Part shown: positions 43,045 to 44,245 of the stretch, piece by piece | Numbering within the stretch: the stretch's first letter is position 1 | Layout of the letters: each line of letters starts with the position of its first letter | IMG/VR virus record: IMGVR_UViG_3300034091_000010 | Span: 1 to 44,245 of that record | Length of the DNA stretch: 44,245 bases | Direction: 5' to 3' (one strand) | Source: a virus | Taxonomy: Duplodnaviria > Caudoviricetes | Notes under the pieces: model-generated | Told to the model about the DNA's origin: nothing | The model's input: only the letters and a program-made list of their open reading frames with translations | The model's database searches: none | Position numbers and translations under genes: made by a program

Positions 43045-44245
43045 TTAACTGTGCTGTTGAACGATGCGTTCATCTGCTTGGTCTAAACTCCAGAGTAACA
43101 CATCACCTTGTCTGTAAAAGCGCCCATTCTTGTACTCCTGTTCCGTCATGCCAAACGCCTTACCTACGGCAGCGTAAACTCGCGTTTCATCATGAGATAC
43201 ACGCTGAATATACTGCTTTCCTGTACTCGGACAGGTCAACCTAACAAATCGGATAGGGCGATCCTCAAAGTCTTTCAGAAAAGAGGATTCCAAAAGTTCC
43301 GCTTGCTCCTCTCCTTCTTGATACTGTAAGGCGGCAGGATCAGAATTATCGACCAATTCTGACATTGGCAATACGGGAAATCTTGCTTGAAGTGTATCAG
43401 TGTGCAAGGTTTTCAGTTCTGAAATCTCAACAAACTTTGACCATCCCATACGTTCCACCATGCAGCGCCTTACCTCTGCGTTATCCTCCTTCTTGATTTG
43501 CTCAACGGTGATTGTATCTGGAGATTCAATCACCTGTGCAGGAACCGATGTACCGTGATAGGAGTAGATTTTCCATCCATCCTTGAATTCCATAGCTGGT
43601 AAGGATTCATGATGGAGTCTGCGTTGTTCGTCAATAGTACAACGAATAGGTCGTTCACTTACAAAGCAGAATCCTTCATACGGAAACCACCAATTTGCCG
43701 ACTCTGCAATGTCCTGCCACCATCCAAGATGCTCTGATTTCTCGTGATCGTAAGCAATCTTTAAGTGTAATTCCATGAAACGATAGAAGCCTATCCAGTA
43801 TTGTTCCTGCTGGCCCCAATAAGAACTCCCCAGAGAACTCCCCAGAGAACTCCTCAGAGAACTCCTCAGAGAACTCCCCAGAGAACTCTCCAGAGAACTC
43901 TCCAGAGAACTCCTCAGAGAACTCCCCAGAGAACTCCACAGAGAACTCCCCAGAGAACTCCACAGAGAACTCCTCAGAGAACTCTCCAGAGAACTCTCCA
44001 GAGAACTCTCCAGAGAACTCCTCAGAGAACTCCTCAGAGAACTCCTCAGAGAACTCCACAGAGAACTCTCCAGAGAACTCTCCAGAGAACTCCTCAGAGA
44101 ACTCTCCAGAGAACTCTCCAGAGAACTCCTCAGAGAACTCTCCAGAGAACTCTCCAGAGAACTCCTCAGAGAACTCTCCAGAGAACTCCACAGAGAACTC
44201 CTCAGAGAACTCCCCAGAGAACTCCACAGAGAACTCCCCAGAGAA
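43045..44245 (-). CDS. DUF6745-like protein with N-terminal tetrapeptide repeats (5' end outside the window)
   Basis: The frame of ORF 43045..43776 stays open upstream: ...(SSL[G/R/E/W])n-SSYWGQQEQYWIGFYRF-MELH...; WWFPY..FCFVSERP, LH....PA..F.DG..IY..HG, NAEVRR, CPSTG motifs. Confidence 0.85.
   Translation of the reverse strand, partial: SLGSSLWSSLGSSLRSSLWSSLESSLRSSLESSLESSLRSSLESSLESSLRSSLESSLESSLWSSLRSSLRSSLRSSLESSLESSLESSLRSSLWSSLGSSLWSSLGSSLRSSLESSLESSLGSSLRSSLRSSLGSSLGSSYWGQQEQYWIGFYRFMELHLKIAYDHEKSEHLGWWQDIAESANWWFPYEGFCFVSERPIRCTIDEQRRLHHESLPAMEFKDGWKIYSYHGTSVPAQVIESPDTITVEQIKKEDNAEVRRCMVERMGWSKFVEISELKTLHTDTLQARFPVLPMSELVDNSDPAALQYQEGEEQAELLESSFLKDFEDRPIRFVRLTCPSTGKQYIQRVSHDETRVYAAVGKAFGMTEQEYKNGRFYRQGDVLLWSLDQADERIVQQHS
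43822..44245. repeat. 12-bp coding tandem repeat, at least 35 units
   Basis: AGAACT-nnn-CAG with nnn = CCC, CCT, CTC or CCA; on the minus strand it encodes S-L-[G/R/E/W]-S. Confidence 0.97.

Noticed and set aside
43676-44227. 183-aa ORF of EFSG/EFSE repeats in the ORF track
   Set aside because: Wrong frame of the 12-bp array. The frame continuous with the DUF6745-like domain reads SSL[G/R/E/W] and leads into YWGQQE.YWIGFY.
43822-44245. Tandem array as a CRISPR or TnpB guide array
   Set aside because: Units are 12 bp, head to tail, with no unique spacers, and they are in-frame coding.

Overview
This window is the packaging, morphogenesis and lysis arm of a tailed dsDNA bacteriophage, almost entirely on the + strand. 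The layout is podovirus-like: no tape measure, sheath or major tail tube is recognisable, and there are large internal/ejection proteins. Gene order is terminase (1625-3775), portal (7363-9468), scaffold and major capsid (11507-13839), capsid accessory and adaptor genes, a signal-peptide-bearing tail fibre, a GC-richer lysis/accessory block ending in a GH108 endolysin (25946-26482), tail adaptor/nozzle/fibre genes, and ejection proteins ending in a GH24 lysozyme fusion. A Cas4-like gene follows, then a convergent - strand operon whose DUF6745-like gene carries a 12-bp coding tandem repeat running off the window end. Three selfish nucleases interrupt the structural genes: a transposase-free TnpB, an HNH-like endonuclease and a GIY-YIG/AP2 endonuclease. 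The most unusual observations are: (1) about nine small Lys/Arg-rich proteins, three missed by the ORF track, sharing a K-x-[VILF]-[AS]-x-K motif (best form RKRVAGK), mostly at the extreme C-terminus; (2) N-terminal signatures that co-vary between each basic protein and its neighbouring ejection protein in a duplicated module; (3) a minimal TnpB insertion whose removal at a GGT core restores a translationally coupled ORF; (4) a twice-repeated structured non-coding element with conserved closing stems; (5) a probable ATC start for terminase and promoter-terminator leaders ahead of late operons. All product calls come from motif recognition and synteny by eye; no database search or folding program was run.
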